A stretch of DNA of 64,000 bases from an uncultured bacterium (GCA_963845185.1 CAWJRG010000010.1:800001-864000), one strand, 5' to 3'. Positions 1 through 10,637 are shown, counted from the first letter of the stretch. Notes: a model not told the origin generated them from the letters alone. Program-made: numbers and translations.

Positions 1-2
1 AA

Positions 3-974
3 AAAATAAATGTTAAAAATGAACTCGCATATTTATCAAGCATGTTAATTGCTTTAACCGTCCCAATTCTTACTAATTCCTCGCTTGTGCTCACAGAGAT
101 ACCTGCCGCAATTATTATTTTATATTGTTTTTATGTTTTATATGAATATAAATTTTCCGATAATAACTTTAGTTTACTTCTTGTTTTTTTGGGTATTGCT
201 TTTTTACCGTGGCTGCATTCTAAACTTGTGTTATTTTCTGTGATATTCTATTTTTATTACTATGTTAATATTATAAGATATAAAGATTTTAAATTAAAAA
301 AGGAAATAACAAACAATTCAATAATTATAGTATCAGTATTGCTTTTTATCTATTTTTATTATTCAATTTATGGAAATTTTGCGCCTTTTGCACTTGTAAG
401 CATTTGCACTAGCAGTTCATTTTATTTTATATTCAGCTTACAACATGCAATAAAGGCTTTTTTTGCAATATTGTTTGACAGAAGCTATGGAATTTTTACA
501 TATAATATGTTTTATTTAATTATACTATGGGGAATAATGCTTTTCATAAAGCAAGGAAAAATAAGACAACTTATACCTTTTTTCTTAATTTTGCCTTATT
601 TTTTTATGTTTTTGTTGTGGAATGACTGGGGCGGTTCAATCACCCCAATGCGTCAAATGATACCTATACTTCCTGTGGCTTCCTTATACGCAGTATACTT
701 TTTACAAGAAAGCAATTTTATCAGAACGAGATTATTTAAATTTATTGTGGTATATTCTTTGTTTATTTCATATATTCTTATGGTTTTTCCCGTATTGAGA
801 TACATGAGCAGCAAAGAAAAAATATACCATTTTTTTGACAAATATAATTTACTGTGGTTTTTACCTTCCTTTTATGATAATATAGGTTTAAAACATTTTA
901 TAACAGTGATATATTTTATCATTATAATAGCGTTATTTTTTAAATACGTACCAAAGGAAAAAAATGAGAAATAA
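3..974 (+). CDS. Polytopic membrane protein, possibly GT-C-fold glycosyltransferase (5'-truncated by window edge)
   Basis: Frame is open from the window start; many hydrophobic helices; overlaps the GT2 gene downstream. Confidence 0.55.
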   Translation, partial: KINVKNELAYLSSMLIALTVPILTNSSLVLTEIPAAIIILYCFYVLYEYKFSDNNFSLLLVFLGIAFLPWLHSKLVLFSVIFYFYYYVNIIRYKDFKLKKEITNNSIIIVSVLLFIYFYYSIYGNFAPFALVSICTSSSFYFIFSLQHAIKAFFAILFDRSYGIFTYNMFYLIILWGIMLFIKQGKIRQLIPFFLILPYFFMFLLWNDWGGSITPMRQMIPILPVASLYAVYFLQESNFIRTRLFKFIVVYSLFISYILMVFPVLRYMSSKEKIYHFFDKYNLLWFLPSFYDNIGLKHFITVIYFIIIIALFFKYVPKEKNEK

Positions 975-1662
975 AATTTTATCGATAATTATACCTGTCT
1001 ATAATGAAGAAAACACAATCAGCCAGCTTGTGGAAAAAGTGCAAAAATTAAAATTATTAGGGATAAAAAAGCAAATAATTATCATAGATGACGGTTCAAC
1101 CGATTTAACCAAAGACAAATTAAAGAAAATAAAAAAAAGATATAAAGATGTGCTGATAATTATTAAAGAGAAAAACGAAGGCAAAGGTTCTGCCGTAAGA
1201 AAAGGTATTGAATATGTAAAAGGAGATTTTTCCATTATACAGGATGCGGACTTGGAATATGACCCCGAAGATTACAAAATACTCATAAAACCGATACTTC
1301 TTGGCAAGGCAGATGTTGTTTATGGCTCTAGATTTCTTGGGATTCACAGAGCTTTTTTATTCTGGCATTATGTAGCAAATAAAATGCTTAACTTTATAAC
1401 AAACGTACTTTATGACAGCATTTTAACCGATATGGAGACATGCTATAAAATTTTTAAAAGTGAAATACTGAAAGGGCTTAACCTGAAATCAAAAGGATTT
1501 GAAATCGAACCTGAAATAACCGCAAAAATTTTAAAAAGGAAATATAAAATATATGAAGTGCCTATAAGCTATTACGGCAGAAGCTATGATGAAGGGAAAA
1601 AAATAACTGTTATGGATGCGTTTAAAGCCGTGTTTATACTATTGAAATATAGGCTTTTTTAA
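964..1662 (+). CDS. GT2 glycosyltransferase (polyprenol-phosphate sugar synthase/DPM1-like)
   Basis: IIIPVYNE, IIDDGSTD, GKGSA, QDADLEYDP, DMETCYK motifs. Confidence 0.9.
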   Translation: MRNKILSIIIPVYNEENTISQLVEKVQKLKLLGIKKQIIIIDDGSTDLTKDKLKKIKKRYKDVLIIIKEKNEGKGSAVRKGIEYVKGDFSIIQDADLEYDPEDYKILIKPILLGKADVVYGSRFLGIHRAFLFWHYVANKMLNFITNVLYDSILTDMETCYKIFKSEILKGLNLKSKGFEIEPEITAKILKRKYKIYEVPISYYGRSYDEGKKITVMDAFKAVFILLKYRLF

Positions 1663-1767
1663 TTAATTTAACTTTGCAAATTTATAAGAGATCAGTTGAA
1701 ATAAGACGTTAGAAATGTAAAGAGCAACATGAAATTGGATATGCTTAAATTATAAATTTGAAATTAA

Positions 1768-2038
1768 TGCCATACCTAGGCGGGGAACCAGCGGTGCCCT
1801 GTACCGGCAATCCGCTTCAGCCGGGCCGAGAACTTATCCGAGGGTATGTTTTTCAGACAACTTAAAATTAATTTTTGGCGTTGAAGGCCGGGTCTGATGC
1901 ACTCATCGGCTCTTGAACCCCGTCAGGTCCGGAAGGAAGCAGCGGTAAAATATGTCCGAGAGGTGTCCTCAGGCAGCCTAGCCGGAGTCAAAATTTTTTT
2001 TGAGCCTGTAAGCATAATCGACGATAAGTGGTATGGCA
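1768..2038 (+). ncRNA. ffs: Signal recognition particle RNA, large (Alu-domain) bacterial type
   Basis: Helix-8 motif GTCAGGTCCGGAAGGAAGCAGC at ~1922-1943; terminal pairing TGCCATAC/GTATGGCA; 5' GCGGGGAACCAGCGGTGCCCTGTACC Alu-like segment; directly upstream of dnaX. Confidence 0.92.
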
Positions 2039-2160
2039 TTATTAAATTAATCCGGATGTATCTATTAGAAAGATGATAAAACCTGGTCTTACGAGACATT
2101 TTTGTATACTGTATTTTAAATAAGGGTATATTTTTGATTTATTACTGCAGGAGAAATTAT

Positions 2161-3816
2161 ATGGATAGTCAGTACACAGTCTTTACAAGAAAATGGCGGC
2201 CGCAAACATTCGATGATATAATAGGCCAGGACCAGGTTGTAATATCGTTAAAAAGGGCTATTGAATTAAACAGAATAATGCATGCCTATTTATTTTCAGG
2301 GCCGCGCGGCGTAGGAAAGACAACTACAGCCAGAGTGTTTGCCAAGGCGTTAAATTGCGAAAAAGGGCCTATTATTACGCCTTGCAACAAATGCGTAAAC
2401 TGCAATGAAATAAAAGACGGTGTATCGCTTGATGTCATTGAAATTGATGGTGCGTCTAATAGAGGGATTGAAAAAATAAGGGAACTAAGAGAGCATGTAG
2501 GGTATGTTGCAGCCAGAGGCAAGTACAAAATATATATAATTGATGAAGTACATATGCTTACAACTGAAGCTTTTAATGCTTTGCTTAAGACGCTTGAAGA
2601 GCCGCCAAAGCATGTCATATTTATTTTTGCAACAACAAATCCCCAAGCGTTACCTCAAACCATCCTTTCAAGGTGCCAACATTTTAAATTTAAAAGGATG
2701 CCAGTAAATATAATTATTTCCAATTTGCAGATGATTGCAAAAAATGAAAAAATAGAATACGAAGAACAGGCGCTTTATATAATAGCACGGGCGGCAGACG
2801 GGGCATTAAGGGACGCACAGCGCAGTTTTGACCAGGCAATCACTTATGCTGGGGGGAAAAAGATAACGGCCTCTATGGCAAGCGAAATGCTCGGTGAAAT
2901 AGAAATTGATTTAGTAAATAGTATTGTCGAGGCAATAATAGAAAAGGACATGAAAAAAGCCTTAGGTACCATTGAAAATATTTTTGATTCGGATTATGAT
3001 CTGAAAAATTTTATTAAGATTTTTATAGAAACAATCAGGAATCTGCTGATGATCAAGACAGTTGATACAAAAGATATTTTAATGCTTGGCGATGAAGAAT
3101 ACAAATTTCTAGTTAAATTAAGCGCTGGTATTGATAAAAAGTATATTTTGTACATATTGCAGAAATCTTTTGATATAGAACAGCTTATAATTAAAAGTTA
3201 TTTGCCCGACATAGCTCTTGAAGCCTTTATAATAGATATTATTTTGCGTCAGGAGGACAACAATACCCAGATTAGTGAAAATGTTTCTGAAAATGGACAA
3301 AAAACATCTTTAAAAAAGGTATTTGCTGAAACACAGAACAAGGAAGAAGCAAAGACCGAACTACCGGCCAATAAAGAAGCCGAGGCTGTAAATGCACCGA
3401 TTTTAATAGATGAAATAGAAGAACAGGCGAATATACAGCAATTAACAAAAGAAATAATTGAAAAAAGATGGGAAAACGTAATGGAGAGGGCAAAAAATAA
3501 AAAAGAAGATGAAGATTTTATACATGCTTTGACAACAGCAGGAATTGTTTCATATGAAGAACCCACGCTTTTCATGATAGGGGATACTAACCTATCAGCT
3601 GAGTTTCTGAAAAAAAATATGGAAAAAATTAAAATAATATTGAGACAAGAATTTAAAAAGGAAATAAAAATAGTTATTTACGAAAAGGAAGAATATAAAA
3701 ATAGGTACAAGTTGAAAAAAGAAATAACAGAAGAAGAAGCAAAAAACCACCCGGTAATAAGGAAGTTATCAAAGATATTTGATATTTCTTCTGTAGAAAT
3801 TAAAAAGACGAAGTAA
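2161..3816 (+). CDS. dnaX: DNA polymerase III subunit gamma/tau
   Basis: RKWRPQTF, GPRGVGKTT, EIDGASNRG, IIDEVHML, SRCQ; ATG 2161 preceded by AGGAG. Confidence 0.97.
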   Translation: MDSQYTVFTRKWRPQTFDDIIGQDQVVISLKRAIELNRIMHAYLFSGPRGVGKTTTARVFAKALNCEKGPIITPCNKCVNCNEIKDGVSLDVIEIDGASNRGIEKIRELREHVGYVAARGKYKIYIIDEVHMLTTEAFNALLKTLEEPPKHVIFIFATTNPQALPQTILSRCQHFKFKRMPVNIIISNLQMIAKNEKIEYEEQALYIIARAADGALRDAQRSFDQAITYAGGKKITASMASEMLGEIEIDLVNSIVEAIIEKDMKKALGTIENIFDSDYDLKNFIKIFIETIRNLLMIKTVDTKDILMLGDEEYKFLVKLSAGIDKKYILYILQKSFDIEQLIIKSYLPDIALEAFIIDIILRQEDNNTQISENVSENGQKTSLKKVFAETQNKEEAKTELPANKEAEAVNAPILIDEIEEQANIQQLTKEIIEKRWENVMERAKNKKEDEDFIHALTTAGIVSYEEPTLFMIGDTNLSAEFLKKNMEKIKIILRQEFKKEIKIVIYEKEEYKNRYKLKKEITEEEAKNHPVIRKLSKIFDISSVEIKKTK

Positions 3817-3827
3817 ATCAGGAGGCA

Positions 3828-4160
3828 GTGCAAATGAAAGGCATGGGAAATATGGGTGATATGCTTGGAAAGGCCAAACAATTGCAGAATAAAATGCTGC
3901 AAATGCAGGAAGAAATCAAGCAAAAAACCGTAGAATCATCTGTAAACAGCGGTGCAGTGACCGTTATGGCAAACGGGGCAAAACAAATTTTGAGTATAAA
4001 AATCGGAAAAGAGCTGTTGGCTTCGCAGGATGAAGAAATCCTCCAGGATTTACTGATAATGGCGGTCAATGAGGCGTTAAATAAAGCACAAGCCATGATG
4101 GAAGAGGAAATGAAAAAATTAACAGGAGGAATGGGGTTAAACCTTCCCAATTTATTTTAG
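3828..4160 (+). CDS. ybaB: YbaB/EbfC nucleoid-associated protein
   Basis: KAKQLQNKM, GAVTVMANG, LQDLLIMAVNEA; between dnaX and recR. Confidence 0.93.
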   Translation: MQMKGMGNMGDMLGKAKQLQNKMLQMQEEIKQKTVESSVNSGAVTVMANGAKQILSIKIGKELLASQDEEILQDLLIMAVNEALNKAQAMMEEEMKKLTGGMGLNLPNLF

Positions 4161-4165
4161 ATCCA

Positions 4166-4771
4166 ATGTATAATTATCCAAATTCACTGCTAAAATTAAT
4201 TAATGAGATATCAAAATTGCCGGGGATAGGACCTAAAATGGCCGAGCGTATATCGCTTTTTCTTTTGAAAAAAAGAGGCGAATATGTGAACGAATTGTCC
4301 GTCGCGCTTGGAGAAATAAAAAACATAAATTTTTGCAGAAATTGTTTTAATGTAGCGGACAAATCGGTTTGTTCGATATGCGATGATGGAACCAGGGATA
4401 AAGAATATATCTGTGTGGTCGAGGGACCAGAAGATATTGTAACAATTGAAAGAACCGGCAAATATAACGGATATTATCATACACTGCATGGACTTATTAA
4501 TCCATTAAATAATATAATGCCTGAAAACCTTAAAATTAATGAGCTTGTAGAAAGGTTAAAAAAACAAGATACCGTAAAAGAATTGATTCTTGCGATAAAT
4601 CACACTGTTGAAGGCGACGCCACGTCGTTATATATCAAAAGAGAAATACAGGAAGCCGGTTTAAATCTTAAAATAACAAGGCTGGCAAAAGGGCTGCCTA
4701 CAGGTTCTGATATAAGGTACGCCGACGAGATTACACTTGGGCAGGCAATACTGGAAAGAAAAGAAATTTAA
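4166..4771 (+). CDS. recR: Recombination mediator RecR
   Basis: KLPGIGPKMAER HhH, C4 zinc finger, ICVVE, TVEGDAT, GSDIRYAD. Confidence 0.97.
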   Translation: MYNYPNSLLKLINEISKLPGIGPKMAERISLFLLKKRGEYVNELSVALGEIKNINFCRNCFNVADKSVCSICDDGTRDKEYICVVEGPEDIVTIERTGKYNGYYHTLHGLINPLNNIMPENLKINELVERLKKQDTVKELILAINHTVEGDATSLYIKREIQEAGLNLKITRLAKGLPTGSDIRYADEITLGQAILERKEI

Positions 4772-4856
4772 TTCGCCTGCACAAAAAAATCAGGTAATAT
4801 ACGCTCACTTCACTCATAACTATAATCGGCGAGAACAGATGAAAGGCGGTAATTAA

Positions 4857-6686
4857 GTGGGTAAAAACAACGAATTAACCGTAAAAATAATTATAGTGGT
4901 TATTTCATTTTTACTTGCTTTTATGCTTTCGCTAAGACCGCTTGATAACTCGGATTATGGATTTCACCTGCGTACAGGACAGGATATAGTAAAAAACCAT
5001 CATTTTCCCATGACTGAAAATTATTCTTATACGGCAAAAGGTAATTTTAATCCCGCATATTCGTGGATATTTGACAGCATAAGCTATGTCTTTTATGAGG
5101 CGGGGAATATTAATGGGCTTATTTATTTACAAATTCTCCTGATTTTTATAATATTTTCAATTATTTTAACTCATTTATTTAAGACAGAATTACTGCGGCA
5201 AAATTTTTTATTATCAGTGCCTGTGGCACTAAATATTATATTGGCGTTTTCGTTTTTACTTATGCCGAGAATAATGATCCGGCCGCATCTTCTGGGATAT
5301 GTTTTTCTTTCGCTTTTTATTATTGTTATGGACAGGGTTGCGCATGAGCAAAAGGACATACATGATACAAAAAATTTTTTTAAAAACAATAATTTCTGGA
5401 TTGCAATTGTTATCTTTTTGTTCTGGATTAATAGCCATTCATCATTTGTCGAAGCATTTGTGTTTCTGGGTATCTGGATAATTTCAGAAATTATCAGTAA
5501 TATACTTGGAAATAAAAAAACAGAATTTACTAAATTTTTATTTTTTGCGCTTATTTTTGGTTTTTTGAGTTTTTTTACTCCGAATTTTAATAAAATTTTT
5601 GCGACGTTTGTTTCCGCGTCAAAATCTACTGAAGAATTTTATTCACTGTTTGAAATTTTTCCGGCTTGGGGATTGTTCTATACTGTAATTATATTTCTTT
5701 ATATCATACTTTTTATTAGGATAGCAGTTTATTATTTTCGAATAAAAGATTTTTACCGTTCTTTTTCGATAATTTTTTTTACAGCACTGGGCATTTATTC
5801 GATAAGGTTTTTAGGCGAAGCTGGCATTGTGGTAGGAATTATGTCTGTTCCTGCTGCAGTAGATATGGTAAAGCATGCTGAAAAAAAGCCAGAGATAAAA
5901 AGAATTTTATTAATTTTATTAATCTCACTTACCATTGCGCAATCTGGTCTTATACTAGAATATCATAAACCGGTTAGAATGGGCATGGATGAAACAAAAC
6001 TTCCGGTTTATTCTACGGCTTACTTAAATAAACTGGATTTAGACGGCAGGATGTTTAACTATTTAGGGTGGGGCGGTTATCTCATTTGGGAACTACAAAA
6101 ATACCCTGTATTTATAGATGGCAGAATGCAGGTTTATTCAAATAATTTTCTCAATAATTGTAGTAAAATGTTGCGAAAACCACCTATTTATTTTTATGAA
6201 CAATGCGCCAAGTACGGAATCTCTTTTGCCGTGGTTCCATACGCAACAAATTTTGGTGATATGATAGTAGATGATTTTTCAGACTATCTTTTTGACAAGA
6301 ATGAATGGGCACTTGTATATTTTGACAATAATTCACTAGTTTATTTAAAGCGGGGCTTCAGCAAAAAAAATGATGCTATTATTGCCAGAGATGAATATTC
6401 AATACTGGAACCAACAATATGGCAGCCTGCTTTGTTGTATAAATATTTAAACAATGTTACAACACGTCAAAAACTTATTAAAGATCTTCATGTGTTTGAT
6501 CAATATTTGGATAACAACAGTACAACTCAAAAACTTATTAATGAGCTTCAGCGTTCTGTTTCGGAATATCCTGACTGTGTTTATTCGCATTTTTGCCTTG
6601 CATATGTAAAGTTTAAAACCGGAGATTTTACTGGCGCAACCAGGGAACTGGATATAACCAGAAAATTAACCCACAATATTAGATAG
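4857..6686 (+). CDS. Polytopic membrane protein (GT-C-like N-terminus, TPR-like C-terminus), paralog 1
   Basis: DYGFHLRTG, RPHL, WINSHSSF, WGGYLIW, VFIDGR motifs; close paralog follows. Confidence 0.6.
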   Translation: MGKNNELTVKIIIVVISFLLAFMLSLRPLDNSDYGFHLRTGQDIVKNHHFPMTENYSYTAKGNFNPAYSWIFDSISYVFYEAGNINGLIYLQILLIFIIFSIILTHLFKTELLRQNFLLSVPVALNIILAFSFLLMPRIMIRPHLLGYVFLSLFIIVMDRVAHEQKDIHDTKNFFKNNNFWIAIVIFLFWINSHSSFVEAFVFLGIWIISEIISNILGNKKTEFTKFLFFALIFGFLSFFTPNFNKIFATFVSASKSTEEFYSLFEIFPAWGLFYTVIIFLYIILFIRIAVYYFRIKDFYRSFSIIFFTALGIYSIRFLGEAGIVVGIMSVPAAVDMVKHAEKKPEIKRILLILLISLTIAQSGLILEYHKPVRMGMDETKLPVYSTAYLNKLDLDGRMFNYLGWGGYLIWELQKYPVFIDGRMQVYSNNFLNNCSKMLRKPPIYFYEQCAKYGISFAVVPYATNFGDMIVDDFSDYLFDKNEWALVYFDNNSLVYLKRGFSKKNDAIIARDEYSILEPTIWQPALLYKYLNNVTTRQKLIKDLHVFDQYLDNNSTTQKLINELQRSVSEYPDCVYSHFCLAYVKFKTGDFTGATRELDITRKLTHNIR

Positions 6687-6945
6687 AGGAGTGATATCAG
6701 CAATTAAAAATATATAAAATGACAGTCTTTCCCAGATTAAATTTGGTTAATAATCCCGACAATGAATACGAAAGTTTAATCTTTTGCTACTGATATTTAG
6801 ATTGTATGATAAAATATTATAAATAATTTATATTTTTAGAAATTAGTAATTTAATTAAATATAATAAAAAGAAATATTGAAAACTTGAAACCCACAATGT
6901 TTCATTCAGTAAAGATAATAAATAAATTAAGAAGGAGATAATCAT

Positions 6946-8751
6946 TTGATTAAAAATAAGGAATTGATAATAAAAATAATGATAATTATTATTTCGTTCT
7001 TACTTGCTATATTATTTTCGTTTACGCCGGTTGACAATCCTGACTATGGCTTTCATTTAAGGACAGGACAGGATATAGTAAAAAACCATTTTTTCCCTTT
7101 AACTGAAAACTATTCCTACACGGCAAAAGGAAATTTCAACCCAGCATATTCATGGATTTTTGACAGCCTAAGTTATATTTTTTATGCATTTGGAAATATA
7201 AACGGGCTTATATATTTTCAGATAATATTGACATTTATTATATTTTTCTTAGTCCTGTTTAATTTTTTTAAAAAAGATCTTGTAAATAAGAATATATTTT
7301 TGTCCGGCCTCCTTGCTCTCAATATCTTATTTGCATTTTCGTTTTTACTTATGCCAAGGATAATGATAAGGCCGCATCTCTTTGGATATGTCTTTTTTAC
7401 AGTTTACCTACTTATTATGGATAATGCTGCCCATGACCAACAAGAAACCGGCTTTAAATTGTTACTAAAAAATAAGAATATAATCGCCGCAATTATTATA
7501 TTCCTATTCTGGGTAAACAGTCATTCGTCATTTGCTGAAGGTTATGCACTCTTAGTGATATGGATAATTTCGGTCGCATTAAGGGATTTTTCGCAAAAAG
7601 GAAAAAAATTAAATTTATTAGGCCTGATAGGGATAGCTATCATATTATTTGTCATATGTTTTTGTACCCCGAACCTGGGCAGGATATTCGCGCCGTTTGT
7701 GGGTTCTACAAAATATACTGAAGAATTCTTTTCTTTATTTGAGATCCTGCCTAAATCCGGATTTTTTTATATGTTCCTTATAATGTTTTACGTCATTATT
7801 TTTGCTGTAATAAGCCTGTATTACTTTAATAAAAAGAACTATTTCAGGTCGTTTGCTCTTGTTTTTTTTGCTGCACTTGGAGTTTATTCAGTTAGATTCC
7901 TTGGAGATGCAGGTATAGTAGCAGGAATCCTTACAGTACCGGCGGCAAAAGACTTGACAAATATCTGTGAAACAAAAAATAACTTGAAGCACGGGCTAAT
8001 AATAATCTTTGCCACGCTCGCGATAGCGCAGGGAGTGCTGATAATGCATTACCATAATCCGAATGGGATGGGCATGAATAAATCAAGTTTTCCTGTCAAT
8101 TCTGTCAAATATCTCAAACAGCAAGATATTGACGGACGCATGTTCAATTCATTTGAGTGGGGAGGATACCTTATCTGGGAGCTTCAAAAATATCCTGTAT
8201 TTGTAGATGGCAGAGTACAGGTTTATCCGGAAGAATTTATAAATAATTTCAGGATTAAGATCCTGCAAAAACCACCGCTTTATTTTTACGAACAGTGCCA
8301 AAAATACGGTATTTCCTTTGCCGTGGTGCCTTATGCATCAAACATTGGCAGAATGATAGCAAACGATTATTCTGGATATCTATTTAATAACAAAGACTGG
8401 GCGCTTGTATATTTTGACAATAATTCGCTGGTTTATATAAAGCGAGGCTTCAGTAAAAAGAATGACGCAATTATTACCAGAGATGAATATACGATGCTGC
8501 AGCCTACAATAATGGCCCCTCCTTTAATGGATAAATATTTAAACAATGATTCAAAGCGGCAAAAGCTTATTAAAGAGCTTCAGCGTTCCATTTCCGAATA
8601 TCCTGACTGCATTTATTCGCATTTTTGTTTGGCTTATATTAGATTTAAAACAGGGGATTTAACTGATGCAATAAAGGAATTGGAGACTACAAGAAAACTA
8701 TATCCAAATCCGCAAGTAGAAATACTATATCAACAATTGAAAAAGATGTAA
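6946..8751 (+). CDS. Polytopic membrane protein (GT-C-like N-terminus, TPR-like C-terminus), paralog 2
   Basis: Same motifs as 4857..6686; TTG start after AAGGAG. Confidence 0.6.
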   Translation: MIKNKELIIKIMIIIISFLLAILFSFTPVDNPDYGFHLRTGQDIVKNHFFPLTENYSYTAKGNFNPAYSWIFDSLSYIFYAFGNINGLIYFQIILTFIIFFLVLFNFFKKDLVNKNIFLSGLLALNILFAFSFLLMPRIMIRPHLFGYVFFTVYLLIMDNAAHDQQETGFKLLLKNKNIIAAIIIFLFWVNSHSSFAEGYALLVIWIISVALRDFSQKGKKLNLLGLIGIAIILFVICFCTPNLGRIFAPFVGSTKYTEEFFSLFEILPKSGFFYMFLIMFYVIIFAVISLYYFNKKNYFRSFALVFFAALGVYSVRFLGDAGIVAGILTVPAAKDLTNICETKNNLKHGLIIIFATLAIAQGVLIMHYHNPNGMGMNKSSFPVNSVKYLKQQDIDGRMFNSFEWGGYLIWELQKYPVFVDGRVQVYPEEFINNFRIKILQKPPLYFYEQCQKYGISFAVVPYASNIGRMIANDYSGYLFNNKDWALVYFDNNSLVYIKRGFSKKNDAIITRDEYTMLQPTIMAPPLMDKYLNNDSKRQKLIKELQRSISEYPDCIYSHFCLAYIRFKTGDLTDAIKELETTRKLYPNPQVEILYQQLKKM

Positions 8752-8761
8752 ATCAATAACC

Positions 8762-8928
8762 TAGTAGATTTAGTAGCGAACATATATGATTTATATTGAT
8801 TAGTGGAAAGTTTTAGTGAGTTATCCACAAAACATCCCCAATTTTCCACAAGTTATCAACAACAAAAAACAGCTTTATTTTTAATGGTTTTTATGGATTT
8901 TTACAATATATCTAGCAGGTTTTTCACA
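8762..8928. promoter_or_regulatory. DnaA-box cluster, candidate oriC or DnaA titration locus
   Basis: TTATCCACA 8821, TTTTCCACA 8842, TTATCAACA 8853, TTTTTCACA 8920; TAGTAG-ATT-TAGTAG trio-like repeat at 8762-8776 next to an AT-rich stretch. Confidence 0.6.
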
Positions 8929-8946
8929 AAGCACTTGTAAAATCAG

Positions 8947-9453
8947 TCAAATCTGTAGAATATTACATATTATTTCATTATCTTCAACTTCTAATAGGCC
9001 AATAGAATTATATTTTATTCCGCATGTCGCACTACCAGGATTAAAATATTTTATATTCTTAAATGTATCGTTATATGCAGAATGCGTATGCCCAAAAATT
9101 ATCATGTAGGGAAAATCTTTTGAAAAAGTTTTATATAATTTATCCTTGATTACATAAGGGGAACCGCTTCCATGAGATATACATACAATAAATTTATCAT
9201 TTATTTTTGTTGTTATTTCAAGGGAATAAGTAATTTCATGCGAGTCCATATTGCCCTTTACAGCATAAACAGGAGCTATTGTTTCAAGTTCGGTTATAAC
9301 ACCGTTATTAACAATATCCCCGCAATGTATAATAAAATTTGCACCTTTAAAATAATTGTATATTTCTTTAGGAAGGGATTTAGCTCTTGAAGGAATATGT
9401 GTATCTGAAATAACCCCTATTTTTTTGATTCCGACATTATTTATTGATGTCAT
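8947..9453 (-). CDS. YfcE/MJ0936-family metallophosphoesterase
   Basis: ISDTH, HCGD, KGNMD, SHG, FGHTH, NPGS. Confidence 0.9.
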   Translation of the reverse strand: MTSINNVGIKKIGVISDTHIPSRAKSLPKEIYNYFKGANFIIHCGDIVNNGVITELETIAPVYAVKGNMDSHEITYSLEITTKINDKFIVCISHGSGSPYVIKDKLYKTFSKDFPYMIIFGHTHSAYNDTFKNIKYFNPGSATCGIKYNSIGLLEVEDNEIICNILQI

Positions 9454-9832
9454 TCTTAAATTTGTTAACTTCAAGAAGTATTTTCGCAAGGTCGTCATTG
9501 CTTAATTTATCAAGGGCTTTTTCCAGTCTGTCTATTTTTGAATCAGATTTGTTTTCTTCACCGTGCAATTTATCAAGGCCGGAGGCTGTAACATATTTCT
9601 GCTGTAGATCACCCAACACCCTAAATAGAAGTTTTGTTTCGCCTACCGATAAATGACCTTTGGTTTTTTCCTGTAGGATTTTAAGCATGTTAATTATTTG
9701 CCTTGCATGAGGAAGGTTCTGAATTTTTTTGCCGCTTATAAAACGGGGAACTTCACCCAAAGACATTAAGGCTGTCTGTGAAAGAAGCAGTACAAGATTA
9801 ATGAAATCTAAATTATCCGTTTCCTCAGCCAT
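9437..9832 (-). CDS. DUF1844-like protein
   Basis: F..LVLLLSQTALMSLGE, ARQIINMLKILQEKTKGHL pattern. Confidence 0.7.
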   Translation of the reverse strand: MAEETDNLDFINLVLLLSQTALMSLGEVPRFISGKKIQNLPHARQIINMLKILQEKTKGHLSVGETKLLFRVLGDLQQKYVTASGLDKLHGEENKSDSKIDRLEKALDKLSNDDLAKILLEVNKFKNDINK

Positions 9833-9908
9833 TTTTGCTCCATTATTCAAATGAAATTCTTTTATTTATAAGCATCTAGTTAAAGAAAAATAATTAAGAT
9901 TAAATTAT

Positions 9909-10634
9909 TTAAAAAACTTTAAATTTTTTGAATTTTTTTACAAATAACTCCCAGTGGTCCTTAAAATCCCAGTAGCGCCCGGCAAAAGTAGTTGTGCCAT
10001 TAAGTATGCTTTTTTTAAAATCTTCTGCATTTTTGCCTTTAAAAAGAGTATATGCAGTTCCAATGCCATCGAGCGAATGTGAATCTGAACCCCCTGTAAC
10101 AGGTAATTTCCAGTATTTGTTATTTATTTTTCGAGCCTTTGCATCGGTAATCTTTCCTGCTATTGCGGGATTAATCAACTCGACAGCATCAAAATATATA
10201 AATTTATTTTTGCTTTTCAACACATCCTTAAAGCTGCCTTCGCCAACGCTGGTCGTAAGCCAGCTCAAAGGATGAGGTACTATACAAATACCGCCCTGCC
10301 TATGTATTTCCTCAATTGTCCTAAAAAGGCCGGTATATCTTTTTATCCTGTTTTTCATAAATAGACCGATTAGGTGCCCTTTCAAAGTGCTTACTTCCTC
10401 GCCGACTATTATCTGAATACGGTATTTTTTTTTCAGCGCATATTCTTGCGCAGTCAGACCGCCCTTTATCTGGTCATGATCGGTGATGGCTATTACATCA
10501 AGATCGGTATAATGTTCAACATAATCGACAATTTCCTGTACCGTGCACACAGCGTCGCCTATTGATGAATGTATATGATAATCAGCTTTACCCCAGCCTT
10601 TTAGTTTATTTGGTAATATTATTTTTTTAGTCAT
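9909..10634 (-). CDS. PHP-domain phosphoesterase
   Basis: DYHIHS, AITDHD, GEEVST..GH, PHP, GGSDSH. Confidence 0.9.
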   Translation of the reverse strand: MTKKIILPNKLKGWGKADYHIHSSIGDAVCTVQEIVDYVEHYTDLDVIAITDHDQIKGGLTAQEYALKKKYRIQIIVGEEVSTLKGHLIGLFMKNRIKRYTGLFRTIEEIHRQGGICIVPHPLSWLTTSVGEGSFKDVLKSKNKFIYFDAVELINPAIAGKITDAKARKINNKYWKLPVTGGSDSHSLDGIGTAYTLFKGKNAEDFKKSILNGTTTFAGRYWDFKDHWELFVKKFKKFKVF

Positions 10635-10637
10635 TAC

